Positions 1-7,643 of a stretch of DNA of 64,000 nucleotides are shown here, one piece after another. The DNA lies in IMG/VR virus record IMGVR_UViG_3300033475_000011, positions 16,752 to 80,751 of that record, one strand, 5' to 3'. The stretch is from a virus (taxonomy: Duplodnaviria > Caudoviricetes). Made by a program: the position numbers and the translations under genes. The stretch's first letter is position 1, and every line of letters starts with the position of its first letter. The notes under the pieces are model-generated. The model ran no database searches. It saw only the letters and a list, made by a program, of their open reading frames with translations, and had not been told where the DNA came from.

Positions 1-4
1 GACT

Positions 5-60
5 GATCGACTCCACGCACGATCTGTGACCACTGTAGTCCATGTGGGTGGGAGTCGATC
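5..60 (+). promoter_or_regulatory. Leader hairpin occluding the SD of the 61..927 gene
   Basis: GATCGACTCC (5-14) is the reverse complement of GGAGTCGATC (51-60), which contains the GGAG SD directly before GTG 61. Confidence 0.5.
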
Positions 61-927
61 GTGCAACACGAATGCGGAGTGTCACATTGCGGTATCGGGA
101 CCCAAGACCGGATCTGCGGGGTCCATACCCGGGAGTTGACGGGGGCGTTGCGGGCGCTGTGTGTGGAGCACAGTGGGGGATCCTCCCTGCTTGAGGAGCT
201 GGATATGGTGATCACTAGGCAGGCGAAGATCGTGGGCGCACCCATCGGCATCGTGGTGCGTAGCGGTGAAACTCGCCTCCCCTACCACGACCCAGCTAGC
301 GATCTCAGGATCGAGGTATACCGGGAGTTAGCGACCTGGGGTGTCGTGATGCTCCGGGAAAACCCGCACCTTGACCGTGTGCAACGCACCCCCATAGCGA
401 CCGGAGAGTGGCTGGCCTACAAACCAGGCTTGCTCGCCAACCTGCCCGGGGTGGAGTCGCTGCACGCCAACCTCGTCCGCCTGCGGCGGGACATCGAACG
501 CATGATTGACCGGCCGGCGACCACCGTCATGCTCGGCATCTGCTCCACGGTCCTGGAGGACGGCACAGGGTGCCCGAAGCACCTGTACGCGGTGTTGGAT
601 GACGAGAACCGTCCCCCGGCGTGGATCCGTTGCCCGCAGTGTGGAGCGGAGCATGAGGTGTTGGCGAGGCAACAGGCGTTGGTGGCTCAGGGACGTTTGA
701 CGGTCGGCACCGCCGCCGAAGTCTCCCGTGTACTGGGGAAGATCGGGATCATCATCCCTGCTTCCACGATCCGGTCCTGGGCGCAGAAACGTATCTCCCG
801 GGGCAAGGTGATCGAGCCCCGCATCAAGGCCGTGGAGGCGTCCGCTGAGTGGCATCCGCTGTACCGGATCGATGATGTGCTGGGGGCGTATTTGAAGGGC
901 TTGGAGAAGAAGGGGAAGGCAGCATGA
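61..927 (+). CDS. Zn-finger plus C-terminal winged-HTH protein, candidate late-gene activator
   Basis: CxxxxC/CPQC motifs; C-terminal TAAEVSRVL..STIRSWA..PLYRIDDV MerR-like wHTH; typical right-arm position ahead of packaging genes. Confidence 0.55.
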   Translation: MQHECGVSHCGIGTQDRICGVHTRELTGALRALCVEHSGGSSLLEELDMVITRQAKIVGAPIGIVVRSGETRLPYHDPASDLRIEVYRELATWGVVMLRENPHLDRVQRTPIATGEWLAYKPGLLANLPGVESLHANLVRLRRDIERMIDRPATTVMLGICSTVLEDGTGCPKHLYAVLDDENRPPAWIRCPQCGAEHEVLARQQALVAQGRLTVGTAAEVSRVLGKIGIIIPASTIRSWAQKRISRGKVIEPRIKAVEASAEWHPLYRIDDVLGAYLKGLEKKGKAA

Positions 928-1133
928 CTGAAGACGAGAAGCGCGAGGTCCTCGGGAAATACCTCGAGCGCCTGGCTGCCGAACTACGGCATGCACGCTG
1001 GGAGAAGATCGAATTCGAGGTCGATGAGGACAACTGTCTGCGTGAAGATCCGTTCACGCTCGACCTCGTTGACACGGGTGACAGGGACATCAAGATCAGC
1101 ATGAAGCTTCGGGGGGCGACCGACCGTGGATGA
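924..1133 (+). CDS. hypothetical protein
   Basis: ATGA-coupled to the upstream gene, 69 aa. Confidence 0.6.
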   Translation: MTEDEKREVLGKYLERLAAELRHARWEKIEFEVDEDNCLREDPFTLDLVDTGDRDIKISMKLRGATDRG

Positions 1134-1437
1134 CCTGATCGCGTTCCTGCGGGCACGAGTGGCCGAGGACAAGCAGGCGGCCGAAGAACTGTGGCTCCCA
1201 GCTGAACTCATGGACACCGTTGCCGACACCAAGCGCGTGCTGGCGGAGGTGGACTCCAAGAGGAGAATCGTCGAGCACGTTGTGGATTCGATAGCAGGTT
1301 GGGACGCGGACGCCGATGAAGGACCGACTGACCGGGCTGACGCGAACTGCGCGATCACCGACCTGCGACACGTGCTGAAGCTGCTCGCTCTGCCCGACGC
1401 TGGGCATCCGGATTACCAGGAAGGCTGGCGTCCGTGA
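1126..1437 (+). CDS. DUF6221-like protein
   Basis: MDDLIAFLRARVAED..VLAEVDSKRRIV..LKLLALP..HPDYQEGWRP pattern. Confidence 0.7.
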   Translation: MDDLIAFLRARVAEDKQAAEELWLPAELMDTVADTKRVLAEVDSKRRIVEHVVDSIAGWDADADEGPTDRADANCAITDLRHVLKLLALPDAGHPDYQEGWRP

Positions 1438-1784
1438 GCGGGGACCTGGTGTCGCGGCTTCTCGCCGCGATCGACGAGACCGCGGAAAACGCCGTACTGA
1501 TCCACTCCTGCGACTGCCTCACAACACGGTGGTCCGAAGGACTCGATAGCTGCGACTGTCCTCAGCCAGATCGTATCCGCCGCCGCTGCGCAGCAGACCG
1601 GAAGCTCATCGAAGCGGCCAGCAAGTGGGTCGTAGACATCGACGAGCACGGCAACTACAAGCGCCAGCCAGGCGACACCACCGGCGCGCAGGAAGTGACC
1701 CTGATCGAGAGCCTGGCCGGGACCTGGCACGGCGTGCTGGAGACACTGGCCGCTGGCTACGGCATTACCGAGGAGGACAAGTGA
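1434..1784 (+). CDS. DUF6221-like protein (second, divergent copy)
   Basis: DLVSRLLAAIDE..RRCAADRKLIE..VLETLAAGYG; GTGA coupling. Confidence 0.55.
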   Translation: MSGDLVSRLLAAIDETAENAVLIHSCDCLTTRWSEGLDSCDCPQPDRIRRRCAADRKLIEAASKWVVDIDEHGNYKRQPGDTTGAQEVTLIESLAGTWHGVLETLAAGYGITEEDK

Positions 1785-1990
1785 GCGACAGCATCGAAAC
1801 CAAGTGCGAGGTCATCGAAGTGACCCGCGAGGACCTGGAGGCGCAGCGTGCCGAGATCCTGGCCCGCTACGGCATCGAACCGGGCACCAGGATCGCCGAG
1901 GAATGCGGCTGCTGTCCCGCGGTGGACATCGGGTGGGGATCCTTCCAGGGTCTGCGGGACATCGCGTTCCTGCTCGGGGAGGACAAGTGA
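1781..1990 (+). CDS. hypothetical protein
   Basis: GGAGG SD, GTG 1781 overlapping the upstream stop. Confidence 0.6.
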   Translation: MSDSIETKCEVIEVTREDLEAQRAEILARYGIEPGTRIAEECGCCPAVDIGWGSFQGLRDIAFLLGEDK

Positions 1991-1996
1991 GCACCT

Positions 1997-2182
1997 GTGG
2001 ATGAGGTCACCGAGTACGCGATCCGCATGTCCGGTGGCGGCATGCATGTCCGCAAAGCGCACCCGCAGATCGAACGCATCTTCCCGCTCGCCGAGTGGAT
2101 GAAGCACACCCAGCGCGATGGCGGCCGGGTGTATCGGCGACGGGTTATCGTGGTTGAGGACTGGACCGAGGTGACCGAGTGA
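1997..2182 (+). CDS. hypothetical protein
   Basis: ORF track; coupled to the next gene. Confidence 0.55.
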   Translation: MDEVTEYAIRMSGGGMHVRKAHPQIERIFPLAEWMKHTQRDGGRVYRRRVIVVEDWTEVTE

Positions 2183-2379
2183 GCATCATCGGGAAGATCG
2201 TGGACTGGTTCGACTGTTGGCGTGGCGACCACGACTGGTACACCGAGACCCGCAGCGACGGGGTTCTTCTCCGTACCGAACTGTGCAGCGCCTGCGGGAG
2301 CCCGCACCCCCAAGCGTTCCAAGCATTGGACTACTCCCGTCCTGCTGACCCGGTTGGGGAAGACCCCGAATGCGAGTAG
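2179..2379 (+). CDS. hypothetical Cys/His-rich protein
   Basis: GTGA overlap; DCWRGDH..CSACG. Confidence 0.55.
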   Translation: MSIIGKIVDWFDCWRGDHDWYTETRSDGVLLRTELCSACGSPHPQAFQALDYSRPADPVGEDPECE

Positions 2380-2830
2380 CCGCCGAAGAGCCTGATGGCC
2401 CCGGTCGGCGGCTACCAATACCGGTAGGCGGCGGTGAGTGCGGCGTTCCGCTCGTCCTGGTCGTCGAGATCCGGCGTGTCTAGCTGGACAAACACTGCGC
2501 ATCACGCGAAACTGGTAAAGTCCTAGATCGCGTGAACCAGTGATCTAGGAGCCAGTCTTCCGGAGTTGGTGTGCACGCCACCCGGCAGCGACCTCGGTAC
2601 TTCTCCTGGTAGCCCGAGGCAACGTGATGGCAGGAGACGAGGCCGCGCGCTACGGCCAGGAACGAAGCCCCCAGGGCATGGTGAAGAGGCCCGCCGGGTG
2701 GATATCCTCCGGCGGGCCTCGCCCCTGACTTCCCGGGCAAGTGACGCTGCAGTTGGAGCACGGGAATCAAGCCCCCTTGGACGGCCATCCGAGGGGGCTT
2801 CTTACTTCCAGCCGTAACCCGTCACCGGCT
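2376..2830 (+). ncRNA. Candidate structured non-coding RNA, unclassified
   Basis: Dense hairpins at 2376-2415, 2511-2556, 2592-2619, 2686-2720 and 2769-2800; long-range stem 2585-2590/2745-2750; loop pseudoknot 2602-2608/2631-2637; no credible ORF. Confidence 0.45.
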
Positions 2831-2851
2831 GGCCATATCAGGGAGGTCCCC

Positions 2852-3148
2852 ATGGACGAGCTGGCCGAACTGCTCGGGATCGACTACAGCGACCCCGTGC
2901 AGCGTCTCGCCCGCGACCTCACCGAGAACGACTACGCCCTGATCGGCAGCCTGGTCGAGATCCGCAAAGCGAAGGGTCTCACCCGCGCGGACGTAGCCGA
3001 ACGCATGGGGACAACGGTCGCCGCAGTTGGCGACCTGGAGACCGTCAGCTCTGACCCGCGCATGTCCATCCTCCGCCGCTACGCCATGGCCGTCGGCGCT
3101 CTCATGACCACAACGGTCGCGCCAGTCCACATCGACGCGGCGGCGTAA
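2852..3148 (+). CDS. XRE/HigA-like HTH protein
   Basis: GGAGG SD; LVEIRKAKGLTRADVAERMGTTVAAVGDLE..DPRMSILRRYAMAVG (HTH_3). Confidence 0.8.
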   Translation: MDELAELLGIDYSDPVQRLARDLTENDYALIGSLVEIRKAKGLTRADVAERMGTTVAAVGDLETVSSDPRMSILRRYAMAVGALMTTTVAPVHIDAAA

Positions 3149-3289
3149 CCACCGAGACGGCACACCCCCGACGTTCCCCCACGGGATTCCCGGGACTGGT
3201 GTGTCTGCGGCGGCAGCCCGGCATGGTGCCCAGGGAGAGCCTGGGACAGGGCCCCTTGTCCCCTCATGAAACACCGCGGCTGCCGCCCC

Positions 3290-3487
3290 CTACTTGCCTG
3301 GATCAACCCCCAGGCCCTCCAGCAGCGACACCACCCGCTGTTCCTCGGCACGTAGCGTCTCCAGCCGGCCAGGATCAGGAAACACCACCTCGGCCCGCTC
3401 ATACGCGGCGATGGCTGCCCGCAGCTCCCGCAGCCGGCGCATGGTGGCCTCAACCTGTTGCTGCCTCGTGTACGACACGACCCGCAA
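3290..3487 (-). CDS. hypothetical coiled-coil protein
   Basis: 65-aa ORF convergent with the XRE gene; TAGGTT -10-like hexamer just upstream suggests a leaderless start. Confidence 0.55.
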   Translation of the reverse strand: MRVVSYTRQQQVEATMRRLRELRAAIAAYERAEVVFPDPGRLETLRAEEQRVVSLLEGLGVDPGK

Positions 3488-3614
3488 CCTACCGTGACTA
3501 CTCTTATTTGACGGTCATTTGCACCCCCGCGGACCCAGGCCACGGAAACACCCTCTGACCTGCGCAAACCTATTTGCACACCTACTTCACTCGTCCTGCC
3601 ATAAGGGGGTTGAC

Positions 3615-4151
3615 ATGGCCTACAACCCACACAGCAAGGCGAACAACGCCGAACAGGCTGAGAAGCAGGTCACGGCCTACAACTACCGGCTCCGTGGCCA
3701 CAGCCTGCGTGAGATCGGGAAGCTGATGGGTGTCTCGCACGAGACGGCGCGGAAGCTCGTGTCGCTTGAGGCGGATGCGCGTGTGCTGCCGTTGGCGGAT
3801 GAGCTACGGAAGCAGCAGCTGGACCGGCTGAACGACATGCGTTTGAAGGCGATGGCTGTCCTGGAGCGGGAGCATGTGCATATCGCTGAGGGCCGGGTGG
3901 TTCGGGATAAGGATCCGGAGACGGGCGAGTTTTCAGATCCGATCGTGGATGATGGCCCGGTGTTGGCGGCGATTGACCGGTTGGTGAAGATCGAGGATCG
4001 CATGTCCAAGCTGCTAGGACTCGACGCGCCTGTTCAGTCGGAGATTGCGGCGGTGGTGGAGCACAAGCCCACCGAGGTGCTTTCGTTGATCGAGCAGACG
4101 CGGGCGAGGGTGGCTGAGGACGAAGCCCGACTTCGCGGTGAGGCGGGCTAG
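3615..4151 (+). CDS. terS: Terminase small subunit (HTH type)
   Basis: N-terminal HTH (GHSLREIGKLMGVSHETARK) and GPVLAAIDRLVKIEDRMSKLLGLDAP motif typical of actinophage TerS; start reassigned to ATG 3615 after the AAGGGGG SD. Confidence 0.75.
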   Translation: MAYNPHSKANNAEQAEKQVTAYNYRLRGHSLREIGKLMGVSHETARKLVSLEADARVLPLADELRKQQLDRLNDMRLKAMAVLEREHVHIAEGRVVRDKDPETGEFSDPIVDDGPVLAAIDRLVKIEDRMSKLLGLDAPVQSEIAAVVEHKPTEVLSLIEQTRARVAEDEARLRGEAG

Positions 4152-4173
4152 AACGCCACCGGGACGACTTCGC

Positions 4174-4365
4174 TCAGCTGCGCTCCCCGTGAAGACTCTT
4201 GGACACAAGCTTGGCGCATAGTGCCAGCGCCTCCAGCGGCGTGTTTCCGTGTTCCACGAACAGCCCGTATAACTCGCCGAGGCCGGAGGCCGGGATGCGC
4301 TGGCCATCCTTTGCGATGAAGGTGTAGGGGGCGGCTGCGCCCTGGCCGTCGGTGCTCTCGGTCAC
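4174..4365 (-). CDS. hypothetical protein (leftward operon)
   Basis: AAGGA SD, GTGA coupling. Confidence 0.55.
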   Translation of the reverse strand: MTESTDGQGAAAPYTFIAKDGQRIPASGLGELYGLFVEHGNTPLEALALCAKLVSKSLHGERS

Positions 4366-4538
4366 TGCTGTTCCTTCGCTGCAGGCAGGGGCGGTAGTTG
4401 GGTGACGGGTGCCAAGCCTCGCTGTTCGCAGGCTGCGCAGTGTGTGCGGGGTTCCCCGGTGACGGGGTATCGGGTGAGGTAGATCCGGCCGTCACAGTCG
4501 CGGGTGGCGCACTCGGGCCACCGGTTGGTGTCGGTCAC
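4362..4538 (-). CDS. hypothetical Zn-finger mini-protein
   Basis: GTG 4538 adjoining the upstream stop; CATRDC..HCAAC. Confidence 0.55.
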   Translation of the reverse strand: MTDTNRWPECATRDCDGRIYLTRYPVTGEPRTHCAACEQRGLAPVTQLPPLPAAKEQQ

Positions 4539-4750
4539 TACAGCCCCCTGGTCAGTTCGTCGATGCGGGCCACTAGGCGTTCGTTGGCGGCGGCCATGAC
4601 CTGGGTCCACACGACACCGGGCGACTCATCCTGCAGTCCGTTGTTCAGCGCTTCAATGACGGTTTGGATCGCCGCTGCGGCGTGCTGGGTGGCGGTCGCC
4701 ATGCCGGCGAAGGCGGTGCTGAGGTGTGCCGCATAGTTGGTTTCGCTCAC
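4538..4750 (-). CDS. hypothetical helical protein
   Basis: AAGGAG SD, GTG 4750. Confidence 0.6.
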   Translation of the reverse strand: MSETNYAAHLSTAFAGMATATQHAAAAIQTVIEALNNGLQDESPGVVWTQVMAAANERLVARIDELTRGL

Positions 4751-4923
4751 TGTTGCTCCTTCTTGGTGTTGTAGAGGTCCACTCCGAGTAGCCCGGCCAG
4801 GACACGACGCCACAACGGCAGCGTGACCACGTCCGGGTGCTGGCATGGACAGTACTTGGCGTACACGCCGCAGCGACGACACAGCTGCGTGTACCACGGA
4901 TGGCCACTGCCCTGCGGGTTCAC
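4747..4923 (-). CDS. hypothetical Cys-rich mini-protein
   Basis: GTG 4923 coupled; CRRC..CPCQH. Confidence 0.55.
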   Translation of the reverse strand: MNPQGSGHPWYTQLCRRCGVYAKYCPCQHPDVVTLPLWRRVLAGLLGVDLYNTKKEQQ

Positions 4924-5072
4924 GGCTTGTCCTTGCGGGGCTCGTTGGGGCCGACCCTGGTCCCCTTGTCGCCGTTGCCTTTGGTGCGGGCGATCCCGCA
5001 CGGCATGTTGCCGGCGATCTTGCCGTACTTGCTGTCGACTACTCCGTAGGGGCGTTCCTTCTTGGCGGTCAT
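4920..5072 (-). CDS. hypothetical basic mini-protein
   Basis: AGGAAGGA SD, ATG 5072. Confidence 0.55.
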   Translation of the reverse strand: MTAKKERPYGVVDSKYGKIAGNMPCGIARTKGNGDKGTRVGPNEPRKDKP

Positions 5073-5119
5073 CTTGCTGGTTCCTTCCTTCCATGGGTTG
5101 GGGGCTTGTAGCCCGACAC

Positions 5120-5401
5120 TCAACGAGACTCAGGTAGGTCGTCGGCGATCTGAAACGCCCGCAACGCCGCATCGGTGAGCCCGTCAGCACGGCGACGATC
5201 CGGTGTCGACCATCCACGTGTGCGGCGGATCTCCTCCGCCTCTGCATCCAACACCTCGCCGAACTTGTTCAGCATGGCCCTGACGGCGTTGCGGACATGG
5301 TTGTCGTCCTGGTCTTCCCAGAGGACACGACCGGGGAAGTTGACCGCGTACAGGTGCTCCCGTGCTGCTGCCATCATCTGGTCGGCGATGCCCTCGGTCA
5401 T
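5120..5401 (-). CDS. hypothetical protein
   Basis: AGGAAGGA SD; bracketed by a 15-bp direct repeat. Confidence 0.65.
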   Translation of the reverse strand: MTEGIADQMMAAAREHLYAVNFPGRVLWEDQDDNHVRNAVRAMLNKFGEVLDAEAEEIRRTRGWSTPDRRRADGLTDAALRAFQIADDLPESR

Positions 5402-5452
5402 GCGTGTGGTTCCTTCCTGGTCTGGGTAGAAGTCAACGAGACTCAGGCTGGC

Positions 5453-5686
5453 TCACTCGTACAGGGCCTGGGCGATCTCCGGTGCCCCGTCGTGCACCTT
5501 GCGGATCTCGATGCGGATCTCGTCCGAGCCGGCGACGATTACCCCGTCGAACGAGGCGACGATGGCGATGACCTCTTTGAGGGTCTTGTTCTCGTGGATC
5601 TCGATCTCTCCGTCGATGGCTACGACAACGTCGTAGGACGGGTTGATTGCGTTGGCGATGTCGATGTTCGGGGCGTCCTCGGTCAT
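5453..5686 (-). CDS. hypothetical acidic protein
   Basis: AAGGAG SD, 77 aa. Confidence 0.65.
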   Translation of the reverse strand: MTEDAPNIDIANAINPSYDVVVAIDGEIEIHENKTLKEVIAIVASFDGVIVAGSDEIRIEIRKVHDGAPEIAQALYE

Positions 5687-5737
5687 CGTGTTCGTCTCCT
5701 TTGTGGTGGTCGGGCACTTGAGAGTGGGGTAGCGGCA

Positions 5738-6010
5738 CTACGCGGCAGGCGCGAGCTTCTCCGCCTTCTTGGCGCACTTCTTGCACAGAGGCAGCTTCTC
5801 GAACGGCTTCACCTTGTGTCGGTACTCGCGCTCGGACCGCTCCTCGTGGAACGACTGGTCGTACACCTGAACCGGATTAGAGTCGGTGCTGCACAGCGCG
5901 GAGCCGCTGAACCCGTAGCCGAGAAAGTGCGGCGTCATCCTCGGCGTGTAGTGCCGCTTGGTCTGGTACCAGTTCGACGCCTCGATCAAGTCGTCGCGGT
6001 CGATCATCAT
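5738..6010 (-). CDS. hypothetical Zn-binding protein
   Basis: ATGA-coupled to the RHH gene; H..ALC..LPLCKKC. Confidence 0.6.
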   Translation of the reverse strand: MMIDRDDLIEASNWYQTKRHYTPRMTPHFLGYGFSGSALCSTDSNPVQVYDQSFHEERSEREYRHKVKPFEKLPLCKKCAKKAEKLAPAA

Positions 6011-6216
6011 CGTCGTTCCTTTCCGGGATGCCAACCTTCGGGCATGCGCTTGGTGGCGTAGGCGAGGAGCCGTCGGGCTGCTTCGGACCAGGAGATGCCG
6101 TCCCTGTCGGCGATCCGCTGGATGGCGTCGTGGCCAGTCTTGGCTAGCCGCACGGCGTAGGACTTGCGTCCCTCGCCTTCGGCGGGTTCTGACGGGGTGG
6201 TCTTGCGGTCGTTCAC
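6007..6216 (-). CDS. Ribbon-helix-helix (CopG/Arc-like) regulator
   Basis: KSYAVRL beta-ribbon followed by HDAIQRIADRDGISWSEAARRLL helices. Confidence 0.7.
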   Translation of the reverse strand: MNDRKTTPSEPAEGEGRKSYAVRLAKTGHDAIQRIADRDGISWSEAARRLLAYATKRMPEGWHPGKERR

Positions 6217-6222
6217 CTACCG

Positions 6223-6256
6223 ATTCTAGCACATCCGTATTCAAAGTGAATACGGA
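6223..6256 (-). promoter_or_regulatory. Leftward promoter (-10 TAGAAT) with palindromic operator
   Basis: TAGAAT on the minus strand at 6223-6228; TCCGTATTCA-aag-TGAATACGGA at 6234-6256. Confidence 0.6.
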
Positions 6257-6332
6257 ATCTACCTGGGGAAATGCGGTTTCGGAGTGTCCTTCCGTCACCG
6301 GTGGGAGAGAACGATCTTCAGGAGGTGACCTG

Positions 6333-6617
6333 ATGCCCAGTGGTCTCCAAACCAGCCCCCAAGGCCGCAAGCTCTGGAAGTGGCTGACCGGACCTGAGGG
6401 TTTCGCCATGTACTCCGGCAGCCCGCATCCGTGGACCACGTTGCGGGACTTCCTCATCAAGCACGGTGTCTCGCCGGCGCAAGCCGATGGGGAAGCCACG
6501 AACGTAATGTTGGCGTCCAGCGCCGGCCGCGTCCTGTTCCGCCTGCATCACGGCAAACACCAGAGCGGCCCGAGCGCCGGCGAGCAGATCGCCGCCCGGG
6601 TCAAGGGCGGCAAGTGA
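6333..6617 (+). CDS. small actinophage protein (SPHPWT motif)
   Basis: GGAGGT SD, ATG 6333; motif resembles small head-region proteins of actinophages. Confidence 0.6.
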   Translation: MPSGLQTSPQGRKLWKWLTGPEGFAMYSGSPHPWTTLRDFLIKHGVSPAQADGEATNVMLASSAGRVLFRLHHGKHQSGPSAGEQIAARVKGGK

Positions 6618-6688
6618 AGCCCAGGCCGGTCAAACCCCGGCCCGTGAAGAGACCCACCAAACCGCGTCCGATCTCGGCACCGCATTGA
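6614..6688 (+). CDS. 24-aa Pro/Arg/Lys-rich peptide MKPRPVKPRPVKRPTKPRPISAPH
   Basis: GTGA overlap with the upstream stop; ends 4 nt before a terminator hairpin. Confidence 0.4.
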   Translation: MKPRPVKPRPVKRPTKPRPISAPH

Positions 6689-6692
6689 ACGT

Positions 6693-6725
6693 CCCAGCCC
6701 GATGGAAGTGGGCTGGGCTTTTTTG
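6693..6725 (+). terminator. Intrinsic terminator
   Basis: CCCAGCCC/GGGCTGGG stem followed by CTTTTTTG. Confidence 0.8.
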
Positions 6726-6785
6726 TGCCATCCGGCACGAATCCAACACACCCCGGGATGGGGTGCTCCCTGAAAGGTGGGCGGG

Positions 6786-7280
6786 ATGCCCAAGGAAAAC
6801 ATCAACGACTGGGTAACGGACGGCTTCCGCATGGAGGTCTCGTGGCGGGCAGAGGAACGTGTCTGCCCGTGCGGCATGGTCTGGGCCGCGGCGGTGGCGA
6901 CATGCCCTGAGTGCGGCCGGGCGGACGTGCCGGTCACCAGTGGACATGTGCAGGTCGCCAGCGTGAACCAACACAGCAAGTTCGCATTCAACAAGCTTGA
7001 CGGGGAACCGGAACCGTTCGACGGATGGCGGGTCACGCTCGACACCGATGGGATTGACCGCGCGATCGCGGCACTCGTCCGCGCCCAGAAGATGGCGTTC
7101 CCGGACGACACCGAAGACCTGCTCTACGAAGCGTGGGGCATCATCGCGAACGCAGGTTGGGACGCGCACCGCCCCAACCTGACGAACCTGGAGAAGTCGC
7201 CGGGTTGGCACGAAGCGGCGATCCGGTGGCGCGACCGCTATCACGCGCGGCTCAGCAGGAACTCGACCGGTGGCCGATGA
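6786..7280 (+). CDS. hypothetical protein with Zn ribbon
   Basis: CPCG..CPECG. Confidence 0.65.
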   Translation: MPKENINDWVTDGFRMEVSWRAEERVCPCGMVWAAAVATCPECGRADVPVTSGHVQVASVNQHSKFAFNKLDGEPEPFDGWRVTLDTDGIDRAIAALVRAQKMAFPDDTEDLLYEAWGIIANAGWDAHRPNLTNLEKSPGWHEAAIRWRDRYHARLSRNSTGGR

Positions 7281-7548
7281 GCGCACAGTGGAGCAGCGTC
7301 AAGCTGACGAAGCTCTCGCTGCTGCTATTGACCGTGTAACCCGCGTCTACAGCGCACTCGAACCGGCGACTGTGATCACCGGCTGGGTCGTTGTCGGTAC
7401 CGGGCTCGCCGCTGACGGCTCGGGTGATCTGTACCCGGACTTCGTGCTGCTTCCCGACAACGGGCGCGGGATGAGCCATGTGCAGATCATCGGGATGTTG
7501 CGGGCGGCCTCACTTCGCGTTGAGGCGAGCTACGTGTCCCCGGATTGA
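7270..7548 (+). CDS. hypothetical protein
   Basis: Coupled ORF, 92 aa. Confidence 0.6.
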   Translation: MADERTVEQRQADEALAAAIDRVTRVYSALEPATVITGWVVVGTGLAADGSGDLYPDFVLLPDNGRGMSHVQIIGMLRAASLRVEASYVSPD

Positions 7549-7583
7549 TACCCGTCTCCCGTGGCTTGATCACTGCGGGTTTG

Positions 7584-7627
7584 GAAGGCCCCGGCGCTCC
7601 TCCATGGCGTCGGGGCCTTCGCATTTC
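7584..7627 (+). terminator. GC-rich hairpin, putative terminator
   Basis: 14-bp stem 7584-7597/7607-7620 followed by GCATTTC. Confidence 0.6.
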
Positions 7628-7643
7628 ATGGAGAGGACACGAC

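Noticed and set aside
2376-2830. Resemblances to RNase P (GGTAAAGTCC), SAM-IV (GGCAAC, GGTGAAG) and c-di-AMP (AACCCGTCA) motifs
   Set aside because: Only isolated short matches; the other required conserved elements and their order are absent
5120-5447. Mini-CRISPR array or stoperator series
   Set aside because: Only two 15-bp copies separated by a whole gene; no further oriented copies seen by eye
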